Shown here: positions 7,901 through 15,994 of the stretch, piece by piece
How the letters are laid out: each line of letters starts with the position of its first letter
How positions within the stretch are numbered: position 1 is the first letter of the stretch
NCBI GenBank assembly: GCA_947057405.1
Contig: CAMSEJ010000001.1
Coordinates: forward strand, 1 to 39,690
Direction of reading: 5' to 3'
DNA length: 39,690 bases
From: an uncultured Roseburia sp.
GTDB taxonomy: Bacteria > Bacillota > Clostridia > Lachnospirales > Lachnospiraceae
Program-made: the position numbers and the translations under genes
The notes under the pieces: model-generated
The model's database searches: none
Seen by the model: the letters and a program-made list of their open reading frames with translations, nothing else
Told to the model about the DNA's origin: nothing

Positions 7901-10563
7901 CAGGCAGCAAAGGCTCCACCGTATACACCGCGTCCGTCACAAACGGCTCCGCCAAAAAAGCCGGGTTCTATATCAACGGCATATTAGCCGGCACGGCAGA
8001 CGTATCCGACGCAAAAGCCGTCCTGACGGCATCCGACGAATACCTCCGGAAAGAAAAGGGCAGCGTCAATATCGTGCAGGTACGGGCAATGGACGCATCC
8101 GGTTCGCTTCTTTCAGACGGAAGCATCAATAATTATACTTCGTTTACAAAGGACATCGATGCGGCCGCACTGACCGGTACGGTAACCATCCGCGGCGCCG
8201 CACGGGTCGGCTCCTCCTTAAAAGCAGAGGTAACAGACTCCAATTATACGGGCGTCCTTTCCTACCGGTGGCTTGCAGACGGCAGCGCCATTGCAGGCGC
8301 AAATGCCGGCAGCTATACTTTAACAGACAAGGAAGAAGGCAAACGAATTACAGTAGAAGTGACCTGCTCCGTTGAAACCGGAACACTAATCAGCGAAGCG
8401 ACGGAAGCCGTTATAAAACCGGATGTGAAAAACGACCACCTTCTCATTCACCAGGTTTACGGCGGAGGGCAAAATGACGGCACGCCGGTAACGCACAGCT
8501 TTATCGAATTGTACAATCCGACCGATGCCCCGGTCAGCCTGTCCGGTTATTCGCTTGGCTACCTGTCCGGCGGGAAAAACGGCCCGGCAGCAGAAGAAGT
8601 AACGCTTCCGCTTTCCGACCGGGAAATCCCGGCACACGCTTCCTACCTCATCCGCTGTGAAGCACAGGACGATTCGACACCGGAGCTTATCACGCTGCGC
8701 ATCGAAGCATTTGATCAGGAATGGACTCAAACCATTGACAACAAACGTTACCGTCTGATTTTGTACGCCGCAGGCAAAGTCGTTGACGGCGTATCGGTCA
8801 ACGAAGGCGACGTGGAAGGGCCGGCGCTTGCAGACGGCGCCATCAGCAAACAAAAAGCCATCCGCAGAAAATCGTTTGCCGATACGGACAGCAACGCGGC
8901 AGATTTTGAAGTTGTCAGCTATCAGGGCGCGGATGCCGAAACGGTAGCAAAAAACCGCCCGAGGAGCCTTTCCGACGGCGCCTGGGGCACGGGCGATACG
9001 CCGCAGCCCAAACCGGAAAAGCTCTCCGGCACGGTATCCGTCCGCGGAAATGCCATTCTGGGCGCAATTTTATATGCAGACGAAGCCACCAACAACACTG
9101 GTGAGCTTTCCTACCAGTGGAACGCCGACAACACACCGATCCCCGGTGCCAACGGGCCGTTTTTTACGGCAGACAGCGCTTGCCTCGGCAGGCAGATATC
9201 CGTCACCGTTTCGAGCAGCGTCGAAACCGGAAGCCTGACGGCTGTACTAGACGGCAGCATCCGGGAAATCAAAGCGCAGAATGATCACCTGATCATCCAC
9301 CAGGTTTACGGCGGCGGTGCAAAAGGGTCGACTCCCATCTCGCACAGCTTTATTGAACTGTATAACCCGACTGCAAGAGATATTCCGTTAGAGGGCTACC
9401 GCATCGAGTATGAATCGGACGAAACAACGGCAGAGCTTTCGCTTTCCGGAACCATTCCTTCTGGCACGTCCTACCTGATACAGGGCGCAAAAGAAGAAAA
9501 CGGCGGAAGCGCATTCACTCTGGCCGACCCCGACTGTACCTGGGATCTGGCAATTGCCAACAAGCGTTACCGCATCCTGCTGAAAAACGGGGAGACACAG
9601 ATTGACGGCATATCGGTCAACGAAGCCGCCGCAGAAGGAACGCCGCTTGTCAATCCGGAGGGCGACGAGATCATTTCCAAAAACAAGACCGTCCGCAGGA
9701 TCCGCTTTATTGACACGGACGACAACGCCACGGATTTTGAAGTATTAAACTACGGCAAGCTCCCGGCGGAGCTGTTGTCAGCGGTTACCCCCAGAAGCAC
9801 CGCAAACGGCGCATGGGGCCTTGAAATAAAACCGGAGCAGCCGGATCCGGAGCTGATCCGACAGCTTCAGGACGCGATCGCACAGGCCGAGAAAACAGAA
9901 AAAGACAAATACACCGAAGATTCCTACGCCAGGCTGCAAAGCGAGCTTGCCAAAGCCAAAGCGGCACTGGAGCACGCAAACGAGGCGCCGCAGAACCTGC
10001 AGGCTGCGCTGGCAGATTTGCAGCAGGCAATCGCCGGGCTGACCGAACGGACGCCGAATCCTCCGGGCGGTAATGCAAATCCGGACCAGACGCCAACCCC
10101 GGGCGAGCCGGAGCCGAAGCTTCCGGAAAAAGGAAGCAGGGTACGCGTCGGAAAAGCCTGGTACCAGGTTACAAAATCCTCCGCTTCCGGCGGTACGGTT
10201 TCCTATCTGAAGCCGGCGTCAAAAACATACCGCAGCGCAGACATTCCGGCAGCCGTACAGCTGGAGGGCATTTCTTTTCAGGTAACAGCCATTTCGGCAA
10301 AAGCATTGAAGGGGAACAAAAAACTGACGTCCGTTACGATTGGCAAACACGTTTCCGCAATTGGGGCATCCGCCTTTGAAGGCTGCGGCAAACTGAAAAA
10401 GATCACCGTGAAATCTGCCGTATTAAAAAAGATCGGCAAGAATGCGCTCAAAGGCGTAAATAAAAAATGTAAGATCCGGGTTCCGAAAAAGATGCTTAAA
10501 AAATATCAGAATTTGTGGAAGAAGAAAGGGCAGAAACCGGGCGTTACAGTTGTCAAAAATTAA
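4945..10563 (+). CDS. Secreted multidomain protein: GLUG-type beta-helix, Ig-like, CotH kinase domain, 2x (Ig-like + lamin-tail domain), FIVAR, BspA-type LRR C-terminus
   Basis: Signal peptide MKRKRR...SVKA; LDADIDLS/FSGTFDG/VGGIVG motifs; CotH motifs LPVVYIDT, RGRGNSTW, PYKLKLD, WALLANYMD, GPLWDMDW; two HLxIHQVYGGG...FIELYNPT lamin-tail domains; YTEDSY FIVAR; VTAISAKA/IGASAFEGC LRR; SD GGAGG. Confidence 0.88.
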   Translation: MKRKRRTQTLAKALSLILTFALLFTGTGITPAGSDSVKAAGIISIKDAAGLAKIGRDPGYPMNGDYRLDADIDLSGTAGFTPIGGASGPEYALVSGDRVFSGTFDGAGHVIDGLTIQFNGSGESTNASGLFAMIGSDSPSDYAEVKNVNFTNVSITHTLGRGDTAGTLAGDVNGYARISNIAVLSGSIRIKNTSGGDLIGVGGIVGQTRTNSSAVQMSHLYNAASVTVESDLSVPWERCGGIIGRIHQQGTIGSLSSCVNIGTVTFGGKNGYAINGYSTSQDAAANTANISNCYYIKDNGKDFGASKGVSEEQLSSQATVKALGEDYWMLSNGRLMPIISEGKVVAPIPSPQFAPGDSASSVTKSFTLPLSFLSEQGEESISWTSADTGVISINGQTGEAFVADVLADTDVTLTAVTSVSKRTKSVTVTVRSRLKLSIDREYAKPGTAITASVENAPDGSKFSYSWKSGSTTVSSTATYTPNASDLNRFLTVKASLNGAAVGELKIYCSKLPVVYIDTADGHGITSKTDYKDATMRVQGNDTFNSSTTTLYDGKTEIRGRGNSTWNTGFNKLPYKLKLDSKTDLFGFGSSKHWALLANYMDESLIRNTTSYDLAGKMGIAPHLKSTHVDLILNGVYAGNYQLVGNVRIDTGRVEIFDWEDLPGDVAKAIGKKEGITGDARDDLEDYLNEHMQWITSGTITYQNNTYRVSDYFTDFPENPDGSLNVSGGFLFELDEYFDEASKFRTEKGLPIMFKSPEFIQTNNTLFESAQNFIQAVEHSVWAPDFYTVYDGARQHYTDLVDLDSLVSYLIINEFYWNTETMKKSTFMYKDLDSKLVIGPLWDMDWTSNSRVSQGETNKPYEWMIKACGAATDTQRVSWYLALIRDPYFVQRMYECYTENRQNFEDIVKKGGIIDQDIAYLKESGEANYNAGYMMHRFPFTEEAERLRTFLNTRLGWMDQQFTSLDKLLGSLGAYKASSQVRVTADTGSKGSTVYTASVTNGSAKKAGFYINGILAGTADVSDAKAVLTASDEYLRKEKGSVNIVQVRAMDASGSLLSDGSINNYTSFTKDIDAAALTGTVTIRGAARVGSSLKAEVTDSNYTGVLSYRWLADGSAIAGANAGSYTLTDKEEGKRITVEVTCSVETGTLISEATEAVIKPDVKNDHLLIHQVYGGGQNDGTPVTHSFIELYNPTDAPVSLSGYSLGYLSGGKNGPAAEEVTLPLSDREIPAHASYLIRCEAQDDSTPELITLRIEAFDQEWTQTIDNKRYRLILYAAGKVVDGVSVNEGDVEGPALADGAISKQKAIRRKSFADTDSNAADFEVVSYQGADAETVAKNRPRSLSDGAWGTGDTPQPKPEKLSGTVSVRGNAILGAILYADEATNNTGELSYQWNADNTPIPGANGPFFTADSACLGRQISVTVSSSVETGSLTAVLDGSIREIKAQNDHLIIHQVYGGGAKGSTPISHSFIELYNPTARDIPLEGYRIEYESDETTAELSLSGTIPSGTSYLIQGAKEENGGSAFTLADPDCTWDLAIANKRYRILLKNGETQIDGISVNEAAAEGTPLVNPEGDEIISKNKTVRRIRFIDTDDNATDFEVLNYGKLPAELLSAVTPRSTANGAWGLEIKPEQPDPELIRQLQDAIAQAEKTEKDKYTEDSYARLQSELAKAKAALEHANEAPQNLQAALADLQQAIAGLTERTPNPPGGNANPDQTPTPGEPEPKLPEKGSRVRVGKAWYQVTKSSASGGTVSYLKPASKTYRSADIPAAVQLEGISFQVTAISAKALKGNKKLTSVTIGKHVSAIGASAFEGCGKLKKITVKSAVLKKIGKNALKGVNKKCKIRVPKKMLKKYQNLWKKKGQKPGVTVVKN
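8170..9819 (+). repeat. Internal tandem duplication of an about 280-aa Ig-like + lamin-tail module
   Basis: Copies at about 8170-8986 and 9022-9819 share L(T/S)GTVxxRG, SVETG, NDHLxIHQVYGGG, HSFIELYNPT, NKRYR, DGxSVNE, DTDxNAxDFEV and GAWG. Confidence 0.85.
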
Positions 10564-10604
10564 AAAGCAGCGGGACGGCATTGCACTGTTCCCTATAACT
10601 TTAA

Positions 10605-10640
10605 GGCTCTGCGGACATTTTGTCCGCAGGGCCCGTTTTT
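10605..10640 (+). terminator. Intrinsic terminator after the CotH-domain gene
   Basis: GGCTCTGCGGACA-TTT-TGTCCGCAGGGCC followed by CGTTTTT. Confidence 0.7.
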
Positions 10641-10701
10641 GTCCCGCAAATGCGTTCCTATACCCTGTTTCCAATATTTTTAAGAAATTTCAAAATAATA
10701 C

Positions 10702-10733
10702 TGGACAAACCCAAAAAGTTATGCTATTATAAT
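10702..10733 (+). promoter_or_regulatory. Sigma-A promoter of tRNA-Pro
   Basis: TGGACA-N17-TATTAT with extended TG, overlapping TATAAT. Confidence 0.65.
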
Positions 10734-10760
10734 TGAGCACGTTTGAGAAACGTATGCTGA

Positions 10761-10834
<74 letters not shown>

Positions 10835-10847
10835 CTCCTTATTGAAG

Positions 10848-10880
10848 ACATGGACTTTTTATAAAAGCCCATGTTTTTTT
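10848..10880 (+). terminator. Intrinsic terminator after tRNA-Pro
   Basis: ACATGGACTTTT...AAAAGCCCATGT stem (one mismatch) followed by a T-run. Confidence 0.75.
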
Positions 10881-10907
10881 ATTTGATAATTCATTCCCGC
10901 CCACCCC

Positions 10908-10936
10908 TTGACAACATCTGTAAAGTATTAGAAAAT
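10908..10936 (+). promoter_or_regulatory. Putative sigma-A promoter of the hyd maturation operon
   Basis: Perfect TTGACA, 17 bp spacer, imperfect -10 GAAAAT. Confidence 0.45.
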
Positions 10937-11105
10937 GGCAGTATATATCACAACAAGTTTCTGAACCCGAAGGCGCCGCCTGACGGCAAAGACCCATACC
11001 GGACATTTTTATGCCAAACTTAAGGAACGAGCCCGTCTTTTTCCGAAAGCCCATAAAAATTGTCTTTTCTTGTGCGGCAACCGGCAAAACAGGAAGGAAG
11101 GACGC

Positions 11106-11351
11106 ATGGCAACCAGAGTCGCCATTATATCAATAGCAGTAGAAAACCCGGACAGCGTCAGGGATCTCAACCGGATCCTTCACGAAAACGGTGAATATAT
11201 TATCGGCAGAATGGGCATTCCCTATCCCAAACGGGGCGTTTCCCTGATCAGCGTCGTCATGGACGCCCCGGCGGACGCCATCAGCGCCATGACCGGAAAA
11301 ATCGGCATGTTAAGCGGCGTCACATCCAAAGCGCTGTACGCCAAACTGTAG
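11106..11351 (+). CDS. Iron-only hydrogenase system regulator (TM1266 family, ACT-like)
   Basis: 81 aa from ATG 11106 with SD GGAAGG: RVAIISIAVE...LNRILHE...IIGRMGIPY...GVTSKALY; immediately upstream of hydE. Confidence 0.9.
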   Translation: MATRVAIISIAVENPDSVRDLNRILHENGEYIIGRMGIPYPKRGVSLISVVMDAPADAISAMTGKIGMLSGVTSKALYAKL

Positions 11352-11385
11352 CGTACCAAAAGGCAAACCCGAAGGGAGGAATGAT

Positions 11386-12444
11386 ATGCGCCGTCTGATT
11401 GACAAGCTGGCGCTTACGCACAGCCTTACAAAAGAAGAATGGATATCCTTAATCGCAGATCGCCCGGAGCAGGAATACCTGTTTGCCAGAGCCAGGCAGG
11501 CAGCCCAGACATACTACGGCAACGCCGTCTTTATCCGCGGCCTGATTGAGTTTACCAGCTACTGCAAAAACAACTGCTTTTACTGCGGCATCCGCCGGGA
11601 CAACCGTAAGGCTGCCCGGTACCGCCTCGGCAAAGAAGAAATACTGGACTGCTGCAGGCAGGGCTATGGCCTGGGATTCCGCACGTTTGTGCTGCAGGGC
11701 GGCGAAGACGCCTATTATACGGACGATCTTTTTGCCGGCCTGATTTCGGAGATCAAAAGCAGCTATCCCGATTGCGCCGTCACCCTCTCCGCAGGGGAAA
11801 AACCCAAAGAAAGCTACCGGCGTTTCTTTGAGGCGGGGGCGGATCGCTATCTGCTGCGCCACGAAACGGCGGACGAAGCCCACTACCGGACCCTGCATCC
11901 TGCGGAAATGAGTTTTGCCAACCGTATCCGCTGCTTAACGGATTTAAAGGAAATCGGTTTTCAGACCGGATGCGGCTTTATGGTGGGTTCTCCCGGGCAG
12001 ACGCCGGAGCATTTGGCAGAGGATATGCTTTTTATTACAGAGCTAAAGCCCGATATGGTCGGCATCGGCCCGTTTGTACCGCATCACAATACGCCGTTTG
12101 CCGGGGAAGCGGGCGGTACGGCGGAGCAGACGGTTTATCTTCTGGCGCTGCTTCGCCTGTTAAAGCCGGATCTGTTAATCCCGGCGACTACGGCGCTCGG
12201 CACGGTGGATCCAGACGGACGGGAACGGGGCGTTTTAGCAGGCGCGAACGTCGTCATGCCCAACCTGTCCCCCGTCGGGGTTCGGAAACAGTATGCGTTA
12301 TATGACAACAAAATCTGCACCGGGGACGAAGCGGCGGAATGCCTAAGCTGCTTAAAAGGACGTATGGAACGCATCGGCTACCGCATCGTAACCGGCCGCG
12401 GAGACCCGGCAAAAGAACCAGGAGGGATATCATGTACAACGTAA
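11386..12444 (+). CDS. hydE: [FeFe]-hydrogenase maturation radical SAM protein HydE
   Basis: RGLIEF, CKNNCFYC, LQGGED, YLLRHET, PATTAL, GANVVMPN and C-terminal Cx7Cx2C. Confidence 0.93.
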   Translation: MRRLIDKLALTHSLTKEEWISLIADRPEQEYLFARARQAAQTYYGNAVFIRGLIEFTSYCKNNCFYCGIRRDNRKAARYRLGKEEILDCCRQGYGLGFRTFVLQGGEDAYYTDDLFAGLISEIKSSYPDCAVTLSAGEKPKESYRRFFEAGADRYLLRHETADEAHYRTLHPAEMSFANRIRCLTDLKEIGFQTGCGFMVGSPGQTPEHLAEDMLFITELKPDMVGIGPFVPHHNTPFAGEAGGTAEQTVYLLALLRLLKPDLLIPATTALGTVDPDGRERGVLAGANVVMPNLSPVGVRKQYALYDNKICTGDEAAECLSCLKGRMERIGYRIVTGRGDPAKEPGGISCTT

Positions 12445-13850
12445 TGTCGCCGCGGGCAAACGAGTTTATCAGTGACGAGGAAATCAGGGAGTGCCTTGCT
12501 TTTGCAGAGGAGAATAAAACGAACCGCACGCTCATAGAACAGATTCTGGAAAAAGCCTCCAAAATGGAAGGCGTTTCCCACCGGGAAGCCATTGTGCTGC
12601 TGGACTGTGAAATTGAAGATTTAAACGAACGGATCTACCGGCTTGCCAGAGCCATCAAGCAGGAATTTTACGGCAACCGCATCGTTATGTTCGCGCCGTT
12701 ATATCTGTCTAATTACTGTATCAACGGCTGCAAATACTGCCCGTACCATCTGAAAAACAAGCACATTGCCCGAAAAAAGCTAACGCAGGAGGAAATCCGC
12801 AGGGAAGTCATCGCCTTACAGGATATGGGGCACAAACGCCTTGCGCTGGAAGCGGGCGAGGATCCGGTCCATAACCCAATCGAGTATATCTTAGAAAGCA
12901 TCGAAACAATCTACGGCATCCGGCATAAAAACGGCGCAATCCGCCGCGTAAACGTCAACATTGCGGCAACGACCGTGGAAAATTACCGCAGGCTAAAGGA
13001 CGCCGGGATCGGGACTTATATTCTGTTCCAGGAAACGTACAACCGCGCATCCTATGAAGAGCTGCACCCCACCGGGCCCAAAAGCGACTACGCGTACCAT
13101 ACCGAGGCCATGGATCGCGCCAGGGAAGCAGGCATTGACGATATGGGCATCGGCGTGCTGTTCGGCCTAAACAATTACCGCTACGATTTTACCGGGATCA
13201 TCATGCATGCGGAGCATATGGAACGCTTCGGCGGCGTCGGGCCGCACACCATCAGCGTGCCGCGCGTGCGCAGGGCGGACGACATCGATCCAAACGTGTT
13301 CGACAACGGGATTTCGGACGATACGTTTGCCAAAATCGTCGCATGCTTAAGGATTGCCGTCCCGTATACCGGGATGATCGTTTCCACAAGGGAAAGCCAG
13401 GAAAGCCGCAGGCGCGTGCTTGACCTTGGGATTTCGCAGATCAGCGGCGGCTCTAAGACAAGCGTCGGCGGCTATGCAGAGGAAGAAGCGCCCGAAGAAA
13501 ATTCCGCGCAGTTTGATATCAGCGACAACCGCACGTTAGACGAAGTCGTGCGCTGGCTGATGGAACTTTCGTATGTGCCCAGCTTTTGTACGGCGTGCTA
13601 CCGCGAAGGCAGGACGGGCGACCGCTTTATGTCGCTGCTGAAAAGCAGGCAGATCATCAACTGCTGCCACCCGAACGCGCTGATGACGCTCAAAGAATAC
13701 CTGGAGGATTACGCGTCCGAAGAGACAAAGGCCATCGGGGAAGCGCTGATTGCGCAGGAACTCAAAAAAATTCCAAACAAAACCGTGCAAAACCGCGCGG
13801 CGGAATATATCGGCAATATACATCTCGGAAAAAGGGATTTCCGTTTTTAA
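12432..13850 (+). CDS. hydG: [FeFe]-hydrogenase maturation radical SAM protein HydG
   Basis: Start MYNVMS at 12432 with SD GGAGG; FAPLYLSNYCINGCKYC, GPHTISVPR and C-terminal Cx2Cx22C (CTAC...CC), which distinguishes HydG from ThiH. Confidence 0.95.
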   Translation: MYNVMSPRANEFISDEEIRECLAFAEENKTNRTLIEQILEKASKMEGVSHREAIVLLDCEIEDLNERIYRLARAIKQEFYGNRIVMFAPLYLSNYCINGCKYCPYHLKNKHIARKKLTQEEIRREVIALQDMGHKRLALEAGEDPVHNPIEYILESIETIYGIRHKNGAIRRVNVNIAATTVENYRRLKDAGIGTYILFQETYNRASYEELHPTGPKSDYAYHTEAMDRAREAGIDDMGIGVLFGLNNYRYDFTGIIMHAEHMERFGGVGPHTISVPRVRRADDIDPNVFDNGISDDTFAKIVACLRIAVPYTGMIVSTRESQESRRRVLDLGISQISGGSKTSVGGYAEEEAPEENSAQFDISDNRTLDEVVRWLMELSYVPSFCTACYREGRTGDRFMSLLKSRQIINCCHPNALMTLKEYLEDYASEETKAIGEALIAQELKKIPNKTVQNRAAEYIGNIHLGKRDFRF

Positions 13851-13862
13851 GGAGAAAGTACA

Positions 13863-15098
13863 GTGGGCATGAATGAAACACCGTCGGCAAACCGTGTGCA
13901 GATTGGGATCTTCGGCAGGGTAAACGCCGGGAAATCCAGCATCATAAACGCCATTACCGGACAGGATCTTGCTATTATATCCGGGAAAAAGGGAACGACC
14001 ACAGACCCGGTAAAAAAGGCCATGGAGCTTTTGCCGCTGGGGCCTGTGGTACTGATCGACACGCCTGGCTTAGACGACACCGGATATCTCGGGAAGCTGC
14101 GGGTGGAAAAAACCCGGGAAGTCTTAAACAAAGTGGATATCGCGGTACTTGCCGTAGACGCAAAAGCGGCGGACGAAGCGTCGCTTCGGGAAATCGAGGA
14201 GCCGCTTATACGACGGTTTGCCGAACAGAAGCTACCGTATGTAATAGCGGTCAACAAAGCGGACCGGATTTCGGACGCAAAGCGGAATCGGCTCGCGGAT
14301 TTTTTTGGAAAAGAAGCCCCTCTTATGTTTGTAAGCGCAAAAACCGGGCAGAATATTTTGGAATTAAAAGAACGGATTGCAGCCGTCCTGCCGCCGGAGG
14401 ATCCCGGCAGACGGCTGATTGGGGATTTGCTGCAGCCTTATGATACGGTGGTTTTAGTCGTCCCGATTGATTCCGCCGCACCAAAGGGAAGGCTGATCCT
14501 GCCGCAGCAGCAGGTCATCCGGGACTGCCTGGAAGCGGGCGCAATCCCGGTGGTCACAAGGGATACGGAGCTTCCCCGCGCGCTCCTGGCGCTGTCCGCA
14601 AAGCCCAAAGCTGTCATTACGGACAGCCAGGCGTTTTTGCAGGCGGCAAAGGCAACGCCTAAGGATGTGTACCTGACGTCGTTTTCCATCCTGTTTTCCC
14701 GCTACAAGGGGGACTTGTGGCAGCAGGTAGAGGGCGCCCGGGCAATCCGGGATTTAAAGGACGGGGATCTGGTGCTTTTGTCCGAGGGGTGTACCCATCA
14801 CCGGCAGTGCGGGGATATCGGCACGCAGAAGCTCCCCCGGCGCATCCGGGAATTTACCGGAAAGGAGCTTGCATTCCGGTTTACAAGCGGCGGCGAATTT
14901 CCGGAGGATTTGTCCGGGTTTGCCTTAGCGATACACTGCGGCGGCTGTACGTTAAACGGGCGTGAAATGCAGCGCCGCCTTTCTCTGGCCAGGGCGTCCG
15001 GAACGCCCATGACCAATTACGGGACAGCGCTTGCCTATATGAGCGGGATTCTTAAGCGCAGCCTGGAACTATTTCAACAGCCGCAGGAGGGACTATGA
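13863..15098 (+). CDS. hydF: [FeFe]-hydrogenase maturation GTPase HydF
   Basis: GRVNAGKSS, GTTTDPV, DTPG, NKAD, APKGRLILPQ and CTHH...HCGGC cluster ligands. Confidence 0.95.
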   Translation: MGMNETPSANRVQIGIFGRVNAGKSSIINAITGQDLAIISGKKGTTTDPVKKAMELLPLGPVVLIDTPGLDDTGYLGKLRVEKTREVLNKVDIAVLAVDAKAADEASLREIEEPLIRRFAEQKLPYVIAVNKADRISDAKRNRLADFFGKEAPLMFVSAKTGQNILELKERIAAVLPPEDPGRRLIGDLLQPYDTVVLVVPIDSAAPKGRLILPQQQVIRDCLEAGAIPVVTRDTELPRALLALSAKPKAVITDSQAFLQAAKATPKDVYLTSFSILFSRYKGDLWQQVEGARAIRDLKDGDLVLLSEGCTHHRQCGDIGTQKLPRRIREFTGKELAFRFTSGGEFPEDLSGFALAIHCGGCTLNGREMQRRLSLARASGTPMTNYGTALAYMSGILKRSLELFQQPQEGL

Positions 15099-15970
15099 AC
15101 ATTCAGGATCAGCTGGAACGAATTTTAAGGGAACTGTTGGTTACGGTTTCGCGGGCACCGGTATCGGAAATCGATCCGGAATATGTAATGGTCCACAAAA
15201 AAGAAGCGCAGAGGCAGCTTGCCGCGCTGCGGGATATCGTCGCCGTAATGATGGAGCAGTACGAAGTGACGGAGCAGAGCCGCCTGCACGCCGAACTGGA
15301 GGTGGAAAAACAGCGCACGGAAATTATCCGCAGCGCCAACCACCAGGCGGAGGATATTTATGCGGCTTCCGTCATTTACACGGACGACGCGTTAGGGCGT
15401 ATCCAGGATATTATCGACGAAGCGGAAAAATCCACCAGAAAAATTTTAAACCGCGTCGGCAGGGAAATGGAAGCGGAACGGCGACGTATCCGCAGCAACC
15501 AGGTGGAGCTGATGACGCAGCTTGAGGACATGAACGATACGGCCAAATATATGCGCTTAATTGACGAACGCAACAAAGAGCTTGCAAAGGCCAAAGCCGA
15601 AAAACTGGAAAAAGGGAAGCCAAAACCCACAGAACGCGCGGAAGAGGGCGGGACGGGATACGGCGGCGCGTCCCCCGTGATTAAAATAGACGAGGAATAT
15701 TTTGAAAAAGCGGGCCTTACGCCGGACGGGCTTCCGAAAGAGATGGAAGAAGGCATTTTAAAGGAAGCGGAGCAGGAAATCGCCGAGGAACTGGCGCCGG
15801 ACGAGCCGCATCAATTTGAAAAGCCGGTGATTAAAGTAAATCCCGAATATTTTGAAAAAGTAAAAAAAGCGGCGGAAGCCAAGAAAACGTCCGGCAAAAA
15901 AGAAGGGAAAAAAGAGCCCAAAAAAGAAGAAAAACATACAGGGCGGTTTTTGTTCGGAAAGAAATCATAA
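15095..15970 (+). CDS. Hypothetical coiled-coil protein (weakly DivIVA/SepIVA-like) with charged C-terminal tail
   Basis: 291-aa ORF with SD GGAGG; ATGA overlap with the hydF stop; helical E/K/R-rich sequence. Confidence 0.7.
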   Translation: MNIQDQLERILRELLVTVSRAPVSEIDPEYVMVHKKEAQRQLAALRDIVAVMMEQYEVTEQSRLHAELEVEKQRTEIIRSANHQAEDIYAASVIYTDDALGRIQDIIDEAEKSTRKILNRVGREMEAERRRIRSNQVELMTQLEDMNDTAKYMRLIDERNKELAKAKAEKLEKGKPKPTERAEEGGTGYGGASPVIKIDEEYFEKAGLTPDGLPKEMEEGILKEAEQEIAEELAPDEPHQFEKPVIKVNPEYFEKVKKAAEAKKTSGKKEGKKEPKKEEKHTGRFLFGKKS

Positions 15971-15994
15971 ACAAAAAGAGAAAGGGGCACAAAG

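Noticed and set aside
10935-10964. Leader peptide MAVYITTSF upstream of the hyd operon
   Set aside because: The ATG overlaps the predicted -10 box; no SD and no informative codon run.
10940-11100. SAM-I riboswitch or 6S RNA
   Set aside because: Only short fragments (CGGCAACC; CGGGTTCA on the minus strand) match; the other conserved cores are absent.
11386-13850. bioB and thiH annotations
   Set aside because: The hydF/TM1266 context and the C-terminal Cys motifs indicate HydE and HydG.
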